From Sedimentisphaerales bacterium (GTDB lineage Bacteria > Planctomycetota > Phycisphaerae > Sedimentisphaerales > SM23-30): a stretch of 64,000 bases of DNA. The notes below the pieces were generated by a model that had not been told where the DNA came from, did not search any database, and was given only the letters and a program-made list of their open reading frames with translations. The stretch lies in the NCBI GenBank assembly GCA_963666285.1, contig OY762711.1. One strand, written 5' to 3'. The translations under genes and the position numbers were made by a program. Below are positions 52,306 through 60,848 of the stretch, piece by piece; the stretch's first letter is position 1; every line of letters begins with the position of its first letter.

Positions 52306-52419
52306 GTTTCGGCAGGCAAGATCAAATATGAAATGACGTTGATTTTTGCTTTATAAAAGGATAATATGCTGTAGTTGAAGGCGTTAGTAGATGAAAGTTT
52401 ACGTTACGAAAGGTAATAT

Positions 52420-53148
52420 ATGGAATTAATACCACCGGATATTTCAGTTAAGCCGAATTCTGTTGCGATTGTAGGCTGGGAAGCGGCTGTAGCCGGTCAG
52501 GTTCATGATTGGCTTGAATCAACAGGCGATCACAGTATATGCTGTTTTGTTAATCCTGCGTTAGAGCCTCCTGATGTTGATATAGAGCTGGAAAAGACAA
52601 GACGCGATTGTCAGACATTTTCGTATCCGCATAAAGACAGTTTCAAGGGTTTGCCTTTGATTACGTCGCTAGACTGGTATAATGTGCTGGTTAAGTTAGG
52701 GATAAAAAAAGTGCTGGTAAGTACCAGTCAGCTGCATGATAAGGTTAAGCATATCCGGCAGGCAAGGGATGCCGGTTTGAAATTTGTCAATGCGATTCAT
52801 CCAACAGCAACCCTGCTGGAAAAAAGTGTCATTCATGAAAATGTGATTATATTTGCCAGGGCTGTTGTTGGTTATAAGGCTGAGATATGTACCGGAGCGG
52901 AATTGGGTGTGAATTCGCTGCTGGATCATCATAATATAGCCAGAGAATGCTGTTATATTGGTCCCGGTGTGACAGCGGCGGGTAATGTTACTGTTGGTGA
53001 ATGTGCATATGTATTTACTAATGCGACTTTGGCCCATAAGGTAAAAGTAGGGAAAAATGCAGTTGTAGGGGCTGGTGCAGTTGTAACTGAGAACGTTCCA
53101 GAGAACGATACAGTTGTTGGGGTTCCGGCTCGCAGTATAAGGAAATAG
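52420..53148 (+). CDS. Hexapeptide-repeat sugar acyltransferase (#2), paralog of 46715-47443
   Basis: Same length (242 aa) and collinear sequence (MELIP..I.VKPNSVAIVGWE ... GVPARSIRK). Confidence 0.88.
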   Translation: MELIPPDISVKPNSVAIVGWEAAVAGQVHDWLESTGDHSICCFVNPALEPPDVDIELEKTRRDCQTFSYPHKDSFKGLPLITSLDWYNVLVKLGIKKVLVSTSQLHDKVKHIRQARDAGLKFVNAIHPTATLLEKSVIHENVIIFARAVVGYKAEICTGAELGVNSLLDHHNIARECCYIGPGVTAAGNVTVGECAYVFTNATLAHKVKVGKNAVVGAGAVVTENVPENDTVVGVPARSIRK

Positions 53149-53188
53149 CGGATATTATCATTTATAATTGTCTGCATAATATTTTGAT

Positions 53189-54298
53189 TTGGCAGGAAGA
53201 AGCTTGAAAGTACCATTTTTAGATTTAAGAGTGACAGATAGCGAGGAGCGGGAGCGACTGCTCGCTTCGGTTGAGCGGGTGTTGGACCATGGTATCCTGA
53301 TTAATGGACCGCAGGTAGATGAGTTTGAGCAATTAGTAGCAAACAGCTGTAATCGTCAGTACGGGGTAGGTGTCAGTTCTGGTACAGATGCTTTGTACCT
53401 GGCTTTGCGGGCCCTGGATATTGGTCCGGGGGATGAAGTGATATGTCCATGCTGGAGTTGGATTGCGACGGCAAATGCAATAGCTCAGACGGGTGCATCG
53501 CCGGTTTTTGCTGATGTTGATGATCGGTTATGTATTGATCCTGTCAGTGTCGAGCGTTTGATTACTGAAAAGACAACAGCAATTATTCCCGTACATTTTG
53601 CCGGAAGTATCTGTCAGATAGATAATATCGTTGATATTGCCAGGGAGCGTGGGATATTTGTTATTGAAGATTGTGCGCAGGCATATTCTGCAACATATAG
53701 GGAGAGGCCAGCCGGTTCATTTGGTGATATAGGCTGTTTCAGTATGAATACGATGAAGGTATTTGCTTCACTGGGAGAGGCCGGAGCAATTGTAACTGAC
53801 AGTAGTGAAATATCAGAGAGAATAAAGATATTGCGTTATAATGGCATGATAGACCGCCATACGTGCAATCATTCCAGCCATAATGGTCGTCTAGATACTA
53901 TCCAGGCCTCGATTCTGCTGGAGCGTCATAAGACATTGCCGACTCTTATTTCTGCCCGTCGAAAAGCTGCTGATTTATATGATCGGCTGCTGACAGGGAT
54001 AGTGCTGACTCCGTACAGGTGCAGTTCGCGTTGCGATTCGTACTATACCTATACTATCCAGGCAGACTATCGCAATGAATTAAAAGCATACCTGGCGGAG
54101 CGTGAGATCGAGACTCAGATACAGCATCCTTTGCTGATGTCACAGCAGCCTGCATATCGGAATTGCAGAAAAGATTCTCTATCTAATGCGCTGCGGCTTC
54201 TGGATAGAGTTTTATGCTTGCCGGCAAATGAAAAGACAACAGATCGGCAGGTTGAGTTTGTAGCAAACAGGATTCGAGATTTTTATAAGGTGAAATAA
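53189..54298 (+). CDS. DegT/DnrJ/EryC1/StrS NDP-sugar aminotransferase (#2)
   Basis: SSGTDAL, PVHFAG, IEDCAQA, FSMNTMKVFASLGEAG, NGRLDTIQA. Confidence 0.9.
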   Translation: MAGRSLKVPFLDLRVTDSEERERLLASVERVLDHGILINGPQVDEFEQLVANSCNRQYGVGVSSGTDALYLALRALDIGPGDEVICPCWSWIATANAIAQTGASPVFADVDDRLCIDPVSVERLITEKTTAIIPVHFAGSICQIDNIVDIARERGIFVIEDCAQAYSATYRERPAGSFGDIGCFSMNTMKVFASLGEAGAIVTDSSEISERIKILRYNGMIDRHTCNHSSHNGRLDTIQASILLERHKTLPTLISARRKAADLYDRLLTGIVLTPYRCSSRCDSYYTYTIQADYRNELKAYLAEREIETQIQHPLLMSQQPAYRNCRKDSLSNALRLLDRVLCLPANEKTTDRQVEFVANRIRDFYKVK

Positions 54299-54787
54299 AT
54301 GGCTTCAGTACTAAAAATTGAAAATCCCGATGTGATATCGCTATGTCATAATGACATGGAAGAACTGAAAAAGAATGCGAAGAATGAACCGTTGCGACGC
54401 AGCAGGTATTGTTTGCATACAGATAATACCCAGTTGGTTCACGAGATGATCATAGCACAATGTTACGATACATATAATCCTCCACATCGGCATGTAGGTA
54501 AACCGAAATCATTTCATATGATTGAGGGTAGGATGAAGGTTGTACTTTTTGACGATGGTGGCAATGTTACAAATTCATTTGTTATGGCACCGCCCGGCAG
54601 TCGCGGTGTTACTATATTTCGACTGAATAAGCCTTGTTATTTTACCGTTGTACCGCTAGATGATATTGTGATAGTTCACGAAACGGTACAGGGGCCGTTT
54701 GATCCATCAAAAAAGGATAATGCGCCTTGGGCACCGCCCCAGGAAGATATAGCGGCTGGTTTGGAATATCTCAGCCGATTGCCTTAG
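54299..54787 (+). CDS. WbuC-like cupin-fold metalloprotein
   Basis: RRSRYCLH, HEMII, PPHRH, HETVQGPF, APWAP. Confidence 0.82.
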   Translation: MASVLKIENPDVISLCHNDMEELKKNAKNEPLRRSRYCLHTDNTQLVHEMIIAQCYDTYNPPHRHVGKPKSFHMIEGRMKVVLFDDGGNVTNSFVMAPPGSRGVTIFRLNKPCYFTVVPLDDIVIVHETVQGPFDPSKKDNAPWAPPQEDIAAGLEYLSRLP

Positions 54788-54814
54788 AACCTCGAAAGTG
54801 TGATCTGATAGCAT

Positions 54815-54847
54815 AAAAAAAGACCGCCTGTTTGTTGCAGGCGGTCC
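54815..54847 (-). terminator. Intrinsic terminator for nrdJ (possibly bidirectional)
   Basis: AAAAAAA-GACCGCCTG-TTTGTTG-CAGGCGGTC. Confidence 0.75.
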
Positions 54848-54898
54848 AACTGGGAGAATCAAGCCCGTGAGGGCCTGGAATTTGGGAGCATTCATATA

Positions 54899-57892
54899 TT
54901 AACTGCAGCCAAGTGAATTGCCGCAATTGAAGCACTTATAGCAGTTACCATTTCTAACGGTAATCGATCCGCAATTGTCGCATACCGGAGCGTCTGACTG
55001 GAAGTGTGAGAACTGCTTGTTGAATTTTTTCATCTGAGCTTCACCATCAGTGCCGACTGTAACTTTTTCGGAGGTTTTGTCAGCCATTTGCAGAATTTCG
55101 TCGATACGATTGCCTATCTGGGAAAGTTTTTCTTCCTGGCTGCGATTGCTAACATCACGATTTCCAGTTCCGGCCGGCCAGATTGGCTTATGCTCTTTGT
55201 CAGAGTCGCCTCTGTCAGGGGTGTTGGCTTTGCGATAACCATCAATGAAGGTTATGCCAAGCCATCTTGCTATATAATCGATGAGGCTTTTCGCCATTGG
55301 GATGTCCCGGTTGTTTGTCATGCCGGCCGGTTCGAAGCGGGCATGGCTGAATTTTGCAACCAAGGTACTTAGCGGCACACCATACTGGAGACTCATAGAG
55401 ATACATGTACCAAAAGCATCCATAAGACCTCCGACGGTGCTGCCCTCCTTGGCCATGGTGATAAATAGCTCACCGGGCGATCCGTCTTCATAAAGTCCCA
55501 CCGTCAGATATCCTTCGTGGCCGGCTACATCAAATTTGTGGGTTATGCTACGTCGAGTCTGAGGCAGACGCCATCTTTGCGGACGGCGTTCCATGATCTC
55601 TGCGGCATCGTTTTCTTTAGCCGACTGCTTTTTAATATCTTTAGTAGCTTCTTTGCTTTTACTTTCTTCAGAAGATGTATTAAGCGGTTGGGTGCGTTTT
55701 GACCCGTCCCGGTAAATTGCCAGTGCTTTAATGCCGAGCTTCCAGCCTTCCATGTAAGCATTTTCGATGTCTTCGATTGTGCTTTCGTTTGGCATATTAA
55801 CTGTTTTACTGATTGCACCACTGATGAACGGCTGGGCAGCAGCCATCATCCTGATATGACCCATGTAATTGATCGAGCGTTTGCCTTTTACAGCTTTGAA
55901 TGCACAGTCAAATACAGGAAGATGTTCCGGCTTGATAATTTCAGAAGTTTCGATAGTATCATCTTGTTCGATAGTCTTTTTGATGCTTTCGATTTCTTCG
56001 ATAGTGTATCCAAGCTGTTCCAATGCCATGTTAACTGTCTGGTTGACAATTTTGAGCATGCCGCCGCCTGCGAGCTGTTTGTATTTAACAAGAGCAATAT
56101 CAGGTTCGATACCGGTAGTATCACAATCCATCATAAAGCCGATAGTTCCGGTAGGGGCGAGGACGGTGGTTTGAGCGTTGCGGAAACCATTTTTTCTACC
56201 TTTGGCGATAGCATCGTCCCAGGCTTTGCGAGCTGCTTGTAAGAGGTTGTCAGGACAGTTGTTATCGATATTTTCTACTTCAGCGCGGTGCATTTCGATA
56301 ACGTGAAGCATTTCTTTGTGGTTTTCTTCAAAAAACTTGAAGCTTCCTCGTATACCGGCAAGTTCAGCACTAGTAGCATAAGCGGTACCAGTGAGGATAG
56401 CGGTAACGGCACCGGCAATACCACGTCCCTTGTTACTGTCATATGGCATGCCCAGGCTCATGAGCAGTGCACCCAGATTGGCATATCCGAGTCCGAGCGG
56501 ACGGAAGTCATGACTGTTTTGTGCGATTTCTCTGGTAGGATAGCTGCCGTGGTCAACGAGAACTTCCTGGGCAATAATCAATATACGAATAGCTTTCTGA
56601 TAGCTTTCGACATCAAAAGAGCCATCCGGCAGTCTGAATTTCATCAGGTTAAGACTTGCCAGGTTGCATGCAGAGTTGTCAACAAACATATACTCGCTGC
56701 AAGGGTTACTGGCATTGATTCTGCCACTGTTAGGGCATGTGTGCCAGCGGTTGATAGTAGTATCGTATTGTACGCCGGGGTCGCCACAAACATGTGTACC
56801 TTCAGCCATATCGTGCAGAATTTCCTTGGCGTCCAGCATTTCAACCTGCTCGCCGGTAGTAACCGCGATAGTATTGAAGCTAGTACCCTGCTCGGCAGCT
56901 TCCATAAACTCGTCAGTCACTCGTACAGACAGGTTTGCGTTCTGGAACATGACACTATTGTAAGCTTCACCGTTGAATTCGCCGCTGTAACCCTGTTCGA
57001 TAAGAGCCCATGCCTTCTTTTCTTCTTCGGTTTTACATCTAACGAATTCCCTGATATCAGGATGGTGAACTTTTAGAGACTGCATCTTGGCGGCACGCCT
57101 GGTCTTACCACCGCTTTTAACGACAGCCGCAATCTGGTCATAAACCCGCATAAAGCTTAGAGGTCCGGAAGGTTTGCCGCCGCCGCTGAGTTTTTCACGG
57201 CTGGACCGCAAAGTGGATAGGTCGGTACCAGTTCCGCTGCCATGTTTGAACAGCATAGCTTCGCTGACAGCGAGATCCATGATATCTTCCATGGTATCAT
57301 CCACGCTCTGGATGAAACATGCGGAAGCCTGTGGATACTGGTAAGTGTTTGGGCAGTCCTCAATGGAATCAGTTTCCGGGTTCCAGAAATAATTATGTTT
57401 ACTGCCTTCAACGCCTTTGACATCGTAAAGTCCAACGTTGAACCATACCGGTGAGTTAAATGACGCATACTGGTTTAAGCATAGCCAAGTAAGTTCGTCA
57501 TAATAAAGTTCAGTCTGTTTTTTATCTTTTAAGATGCCATCCTGGTGAGCCCAGTCGGCGATAGTTCTAGTAACTCTGTGAATAAGTTCCTGTAGTGATT
57601 TTTCTCTTTCATTAGTGCCATTTTCGCCGTAGAAATACTTGCTGACTACCACCTTGGTAGCGAGCTGAGTATAAAATTCCGGCATTTTGACATCTTTTTG
57701 TTCGAATACAACATTACCTTTTTCATCTGCTATTTTCGCGATTCTATTAACCCATTTAACCTGCTCAAATGGAGAGATTTTTTCATCGCTGAAATACCTT
57801 TCGACATTCAATTGCTTTTTCATTCCTTTTGAAATATTCCTTCCGTTCGTGTTTTTTGTAATGGTCTGCCTGTCCTTGGCCGGCTCTGTCAT
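54899..57892 (-). CDS. nrdJ: Class II (adenosylcobalamin-dependent) ribonucleotide reductase
   Basis: FNSPVWFN, QASACFI, ASNPCSEY, ACNLASLN, APTGTI, AISKTVN, YRDGSK, C-terminal CDNC..CFNCG..GCS. Confidence 0.95.
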   Translation of the reverse strand: MTEPAKDRQTITKNTNGRNISKGMKKQLNVERYFSDEKISPFEQVKWVNRIAKIADEKGNVVFEQKDVKMPEFYTQLATKVVVSKYFYGENGTNEREKSLQELIHRVTRTIADWAHQDGILKDKKQTELYYDELTWLCLNQYASFNSPVWFNVGLYDVKGVEGSKHNYFWNPETDSIEDCPNTYQYPQASACFIQSVDDTMEDIMDLAVSEAMLFKHGSGTGTDLSTLRSSREKLSGGGKPSGPLSFMRVYDQIAAVVKSGGKTRRAAKMQSLKVHHPDIREFVRCKTEEEKKAWALIEQGYSGEFNGEAYNSVMFQNANLSVRVTDEFMEAAEQGTSFNTIAVTTGEQVEMLDAKEILHDMAEGTHVCGDPGVQYDTTINRWHTCPNSGRINASNPCSEYMFVDNSACNLASLNLMKFRLPDGSFDVESYQKAIRILIIAQEVLVDHGSYPTREIAQNSHDFRPLGLGYANLGALLMSLGMPYDSNKGRGIAGAVTAILTGTAYATSAELAGIRGSFKFFEENHKEMLHVIEMHRAEVENIDNNCPDNLLQAARKAWDDAIAKGRKNGFRNAQTTVLAPTGTIGFMMDCDTTGIEPDIALVKYKQLAGGGMLKIVNQTVNMALEQLGYTIEEIESIKKTIEQDDTIETSEIIKPEHLPVFDCAFKAVKGKRSINYMGHIRMMAAAQPFISGAISKTVNMPNESTIEDIENAYMEGWKLGIKALAIYRDGSKRTQPLNTSSEESKSKEATKDIKKQSAKENDAAEIMERRPQRWRLPQTRRSITHKFDVAGHEGYLTVGLYEDGSPGELFITMAKEGSTVGGLMDAFGTCISMSLQYGVPLSTLVAKFSHARFEPAGMTNNRDIPMAKSLIDYIARWLGITFIDGYRKANTPDRGDSDKEHKPIWPAGTGNRDVSNRSQEEKLSQIGNRIDEILQMADKTSEKVTVGTDGEAQMKKFNKQFSHFQSDAPVCDNCGSITVRNGNCYKCFNCGNSLGCS

Positions 57893-58166
57893 GGTAACAC
57901 TCCTTTATACGTATCCAGTTGTCAAGTAAAGGTACCGGTAGCACCTGTGTTTTTATTAAAACCAGCAAAATTTAGACTTAAAAATGAAGTCGCTGATTTG
58001 AAACCTATACCCGCAATGCAAAAGCATAAACCGGTATACCAAAGTATTTCTCTTTGATAGTCCCTTGCGTGCGAATTCAGCTATGGCGAGCGCCATACTT
58101 CGCTGTTTCTCCTTACGCAACAAGTCGCTAACTGTATTAACAAGTAACTCTTGTGACGATGAGCTT

Positions 58167-58194
58167 ATCCTACCACAAGATATTGTATTGTCAA
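58167..58194 (-). promoter_or_regulatory. nrdJ promoter with NrdR box between -35 and -10
   Basis: Minus strand TTGACA (58194-58189), 16 nt, TAGGAT (58172-58167); the spacer CCACAAGATATTGTAT fits the NrdR box acaCwAtATaTwGtg. Confidence 0.75.
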
Positions 58195-58553
58195 CGTGTT
58201 TTCATCTGGTTTTTTTTCTGCAATTCAATAACTCATTGAAAAATAAGCAGTTTGATTTTTATATTTTTTTTACTTTTAAAACTGGTACTGTAATTTTCTG
58301 ATGTTAGCAAAAGGTTAAAGTAAAATAATGACATAAATTCTTTTATACTAAAGTATATTATTAATACTGATAATAGGTATATTTGAAAAAAATAATTAAC
58401 AAATTGCCCGTTAGTAATATGTGTACAGAATGAATTTAGGCTAAAGATGAGAGGTATAAAGTACGAAAATGTAATATGTGGAACTATTTATCACTATAGA
58501 TCAATTAAAAGCGATTAAAGTAAACGCCGAATCAAGATAGAAAGAAGTTCAAA

Positions 58554-59789
58554 ATGAATAATTGGAGATGCCTGCTGATAACAAAAGAGGAAATTTGCGG
58601 AATAAGCAATACCATAGCAGCGGGTGAGATAATTGGAATTGAGCTTCAAGTGTCTACGCCGGATGAGGCGATGCAGTATTTGAAGGGTCGTGATCTAAAT
58701 GGTCGTGATGTTCGTTATGGGCTGGTGATGCTGGTAGGCGACTTGTCAAAGTGGTCGGATAAGGTTGAACATGAAATAGTACAATTATGTGAGAAGCAGC
58801 GAAGTAACATAATTGTAGTATCTGAATCCGAGCAGGATTTTATCCGGGTGAATGCCAAGATTACCTCGTCCGAGCCTCGGTTGTGTGTAGTGTATGCCAA
58901 TATAAAAGAGCAGGGCGAGATGTTAGCCGGTCGAATAAGTACTATGCTGGAGATGAACCACTGGCATATTCAGAACCGGATCGAGATTGAGCGTTTAAAA
59001 ATGGTAGGCCAACCGTTGAGTGACCATTTTAACGAGGTTACAGAAGAGATGCATCTTGCTAGTCGATTGCAGCGAGATTTTTTGCCGAGAGAGCTGCCGA
59101 AATTGCCGGGAATCAAGTTTGGAACAGTGTATCGTCCTGCGACCTGGGTGAGCGGCGATATCTACGACGTAATGAGGCTGGATGAGAACCATTTTGCGTT
59201 TTATCTGGCAGATGCAGTTGGACATGGTATGCCCGCCGCGTTGCTAACGATGTTCATCAAGAGGGCGATTGTGCCTAAGCGGATTAAGGGTAAGAGCTAT
59301 GAATTGGTACCACCAGGAGAGATCCTGGCATCTCTGAATGTGGATATGTGTCAGCAGGGTCTGAGCGATCAGCAGTTTGCGACCTGTTGTTATGGCATAA
59401 TGAATTTCCAGAATTATACGATTCAGTTGGCAAATGCCGGTCATCCTTACCCGCTGCTGATGAAGTCAGACAAGCAAACTATTGAGGAATATAGAGTTAA
59501 GGGCGCCTTGCTGGGAGTAATAGAAGATGCAGATTATGAAACGAAAGAGTTTCAGATGGAGCCTGGCGATAAGCTGCTGGTTTATAGTGATGGGGTAGAG
59601 GCAGCGTTTGATATGACAAGTGTTGATTTGGATGGCCCACCGAAGTTCCGTAACGAGTTTGAAGGGCTGGTTGATCTGCCGATAAGCGACCTGGTAGAGA
59701 AGCTGCTTTATCAGATTGATGCCGAGATCGGTTCGCTGCATCCTCGAGATGATGTGACAGTGGTGGGTATAGAAGCGGTAGCTGAGTGA
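58554..59789 (+). CDS. PP2C/SpoIIE (RsbU-like) Ser/Thr phosphatase
   Basis: ASRLQRDFLP, VSGDIYD, ADAVGHGMPAAL, ANAGHP, YSDGV, DDVTVV. Confidence 0.92.
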   Translation: MNNWRCLLITKEEICGISNTIAAGEIIGIELQVSTPDEAMQYLKGRDLNGRDVRYGLVMLVGDLSKWSDKVEHEIVQLCEKQRSNIIVVSESEQDFIRVNAKITSSEPRLCVVYANIKEQGEMLAGRISTMLEMNHWHIQNRIEIERLKMVGQPLSDHFNEVTEEMHLASRLQRDFLPRELPKLPGIKFGTVYRPATWVSGDIYDVMRLDENHFAFYLADAVGHGMPAALLTMFIKRAIVPKRIKGKSYELVPPGEILASLNVDMCQQGLSDQQFATCCYGIMNFQNYTIQLANAGHPYPLLMKSDKQTIEEYRVKGALLGVIEDADYETKEFQMEPGDKLLVYSDGVEAAFDMTSVDLDGPPKFRNEFEGLVDLPISDLVEKLLYQIDAEIGSLHPRDDVTVVGIEAVAE

Positions 59790-60370
59790 AGAATTGAGGA
59801 TTTTTCCGATGTTTCTCGATGAATCTGGATTTTGCTAGACTAAGTATTTTGTTTCACAATATATTATGAGTTAGGGATTTATAAAAAGTTTAAGGGTTTA
59901 AGCCGTTGCTTTATACTTTGCACAATGGGCTATGGAGGATATATTGTGACGGTAAAGTTTGATGCGGCTCGATATTGATCGGGCTATTTTTTTTTGCTGA
60001 AATATGGCAGGGGCGACGGGTCGATTATTATATTGTTTTTTGAGGTTCGGTTACATTGCCTGGAAGTTTGGGTTAAAATAACTTTAGAGATTATAATTCA
60101 GGGGAGATGATGTATAGAAAATGGAGTGGAAAGAAACGGGCGAGCGGCGTGGTATGTTGGAAGGTGTACGGATGGAAACGGGGGTAGCGCGGGGGAGCAG
60201 CGGCGAAAGGTCGGGCAGCTTCGGGGAATGTCGGCGAACGGCGGGGAATTGAGCCCTTACGGCGGGCGATAAACGAGAACGGCGGCGAACGGAGGGGGCG
60301 CGGCGGGCAGGGGATTGGACTGAAATTTGGTGAAATCGGGAGATTTTGGCGTTGGGCGGACCAGATAATA

Positions 60371-60396
60371 AGTGATGAGTGATGAGTGATGAGTGA
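60371..60396 (+). repeat. Heptamer tandem repeat (AGTGATG)x3.7
   Basis: AGTGATGAGTGATGAGTGATGAGTGA. Confidence 0.8.
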
Positions 60397-60775
60397 AGAA
60401 TTGAGGTGTTCGCCTAACGGCTCATGACTTGTTTTAAAGCTGACGCCGAACGACCGAAGGTCGTTAGAGATTAGAGCAGGTGAACAGTAGAACAGGCAAT
60501 CAGCTACGAGCGGCCAGCGGTCAGTGAAGAAGAAATACGTGCTTCGCACTCTAGGAATTAGAATCTCGATGTGCATCTGGATTTCGCTATGCTCAACAAT
60601 CGGTACGGCTAAGTTGTCTGCTTGCGGCGATGTTGGTTTGGTTGGAAATATGAAAGTTGAAGCGATTTTGAAATGATTTATCTCTGGCAAAGACCGCAAA
60701 GATCGCAAAGGAATTGAGTAACGAATAGGAATTGGTATTACCGTCTGGCTAAAACGGATGTAATTGGTACTAAGG

Positions 60776-60812
60776 AAAAAAGCCGCAAGGGAGGTATTAC
60801 CGATGCGGCTTT
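60776..60812. terminator. Probable intrinsic terminator of the minus-strand surface protein gene
   Basis: AAAAAAGCCGCA...TGCGGCTTT. Confidence 0.6.
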
Positions 60813-60848
60813 GTTATGTTTAATGTATATTAACAGCAAATTTTAGGA

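Noticed and set aside
56288..57076. 262-aa plus-strand ORF and other ORFs inside nrdJ
   Set aside because: Antisense to a well-conserved gene; explained by codon bias.
54899..57892. Intein or intron in the ribonucleotide reductase
   Set aside because: Length and motif spacing fit an uninterrupted NrdJ; no intein splice or LAGLIDADG motifs seen.
57893..58170. Cobalamin riboswitch ahead of nrdJ
   Set aside because: No recognisable B12-box or conserved GGGAA/GCCACTG core by eye; such switches normally control B12-independent RNRs.
60091..60708. 205-aa minus-strand ORF
   Set aside because: Low-complexity translation of repeats (SSLITHHSSLI, Pro/Arg-rich); no recognisable domain.
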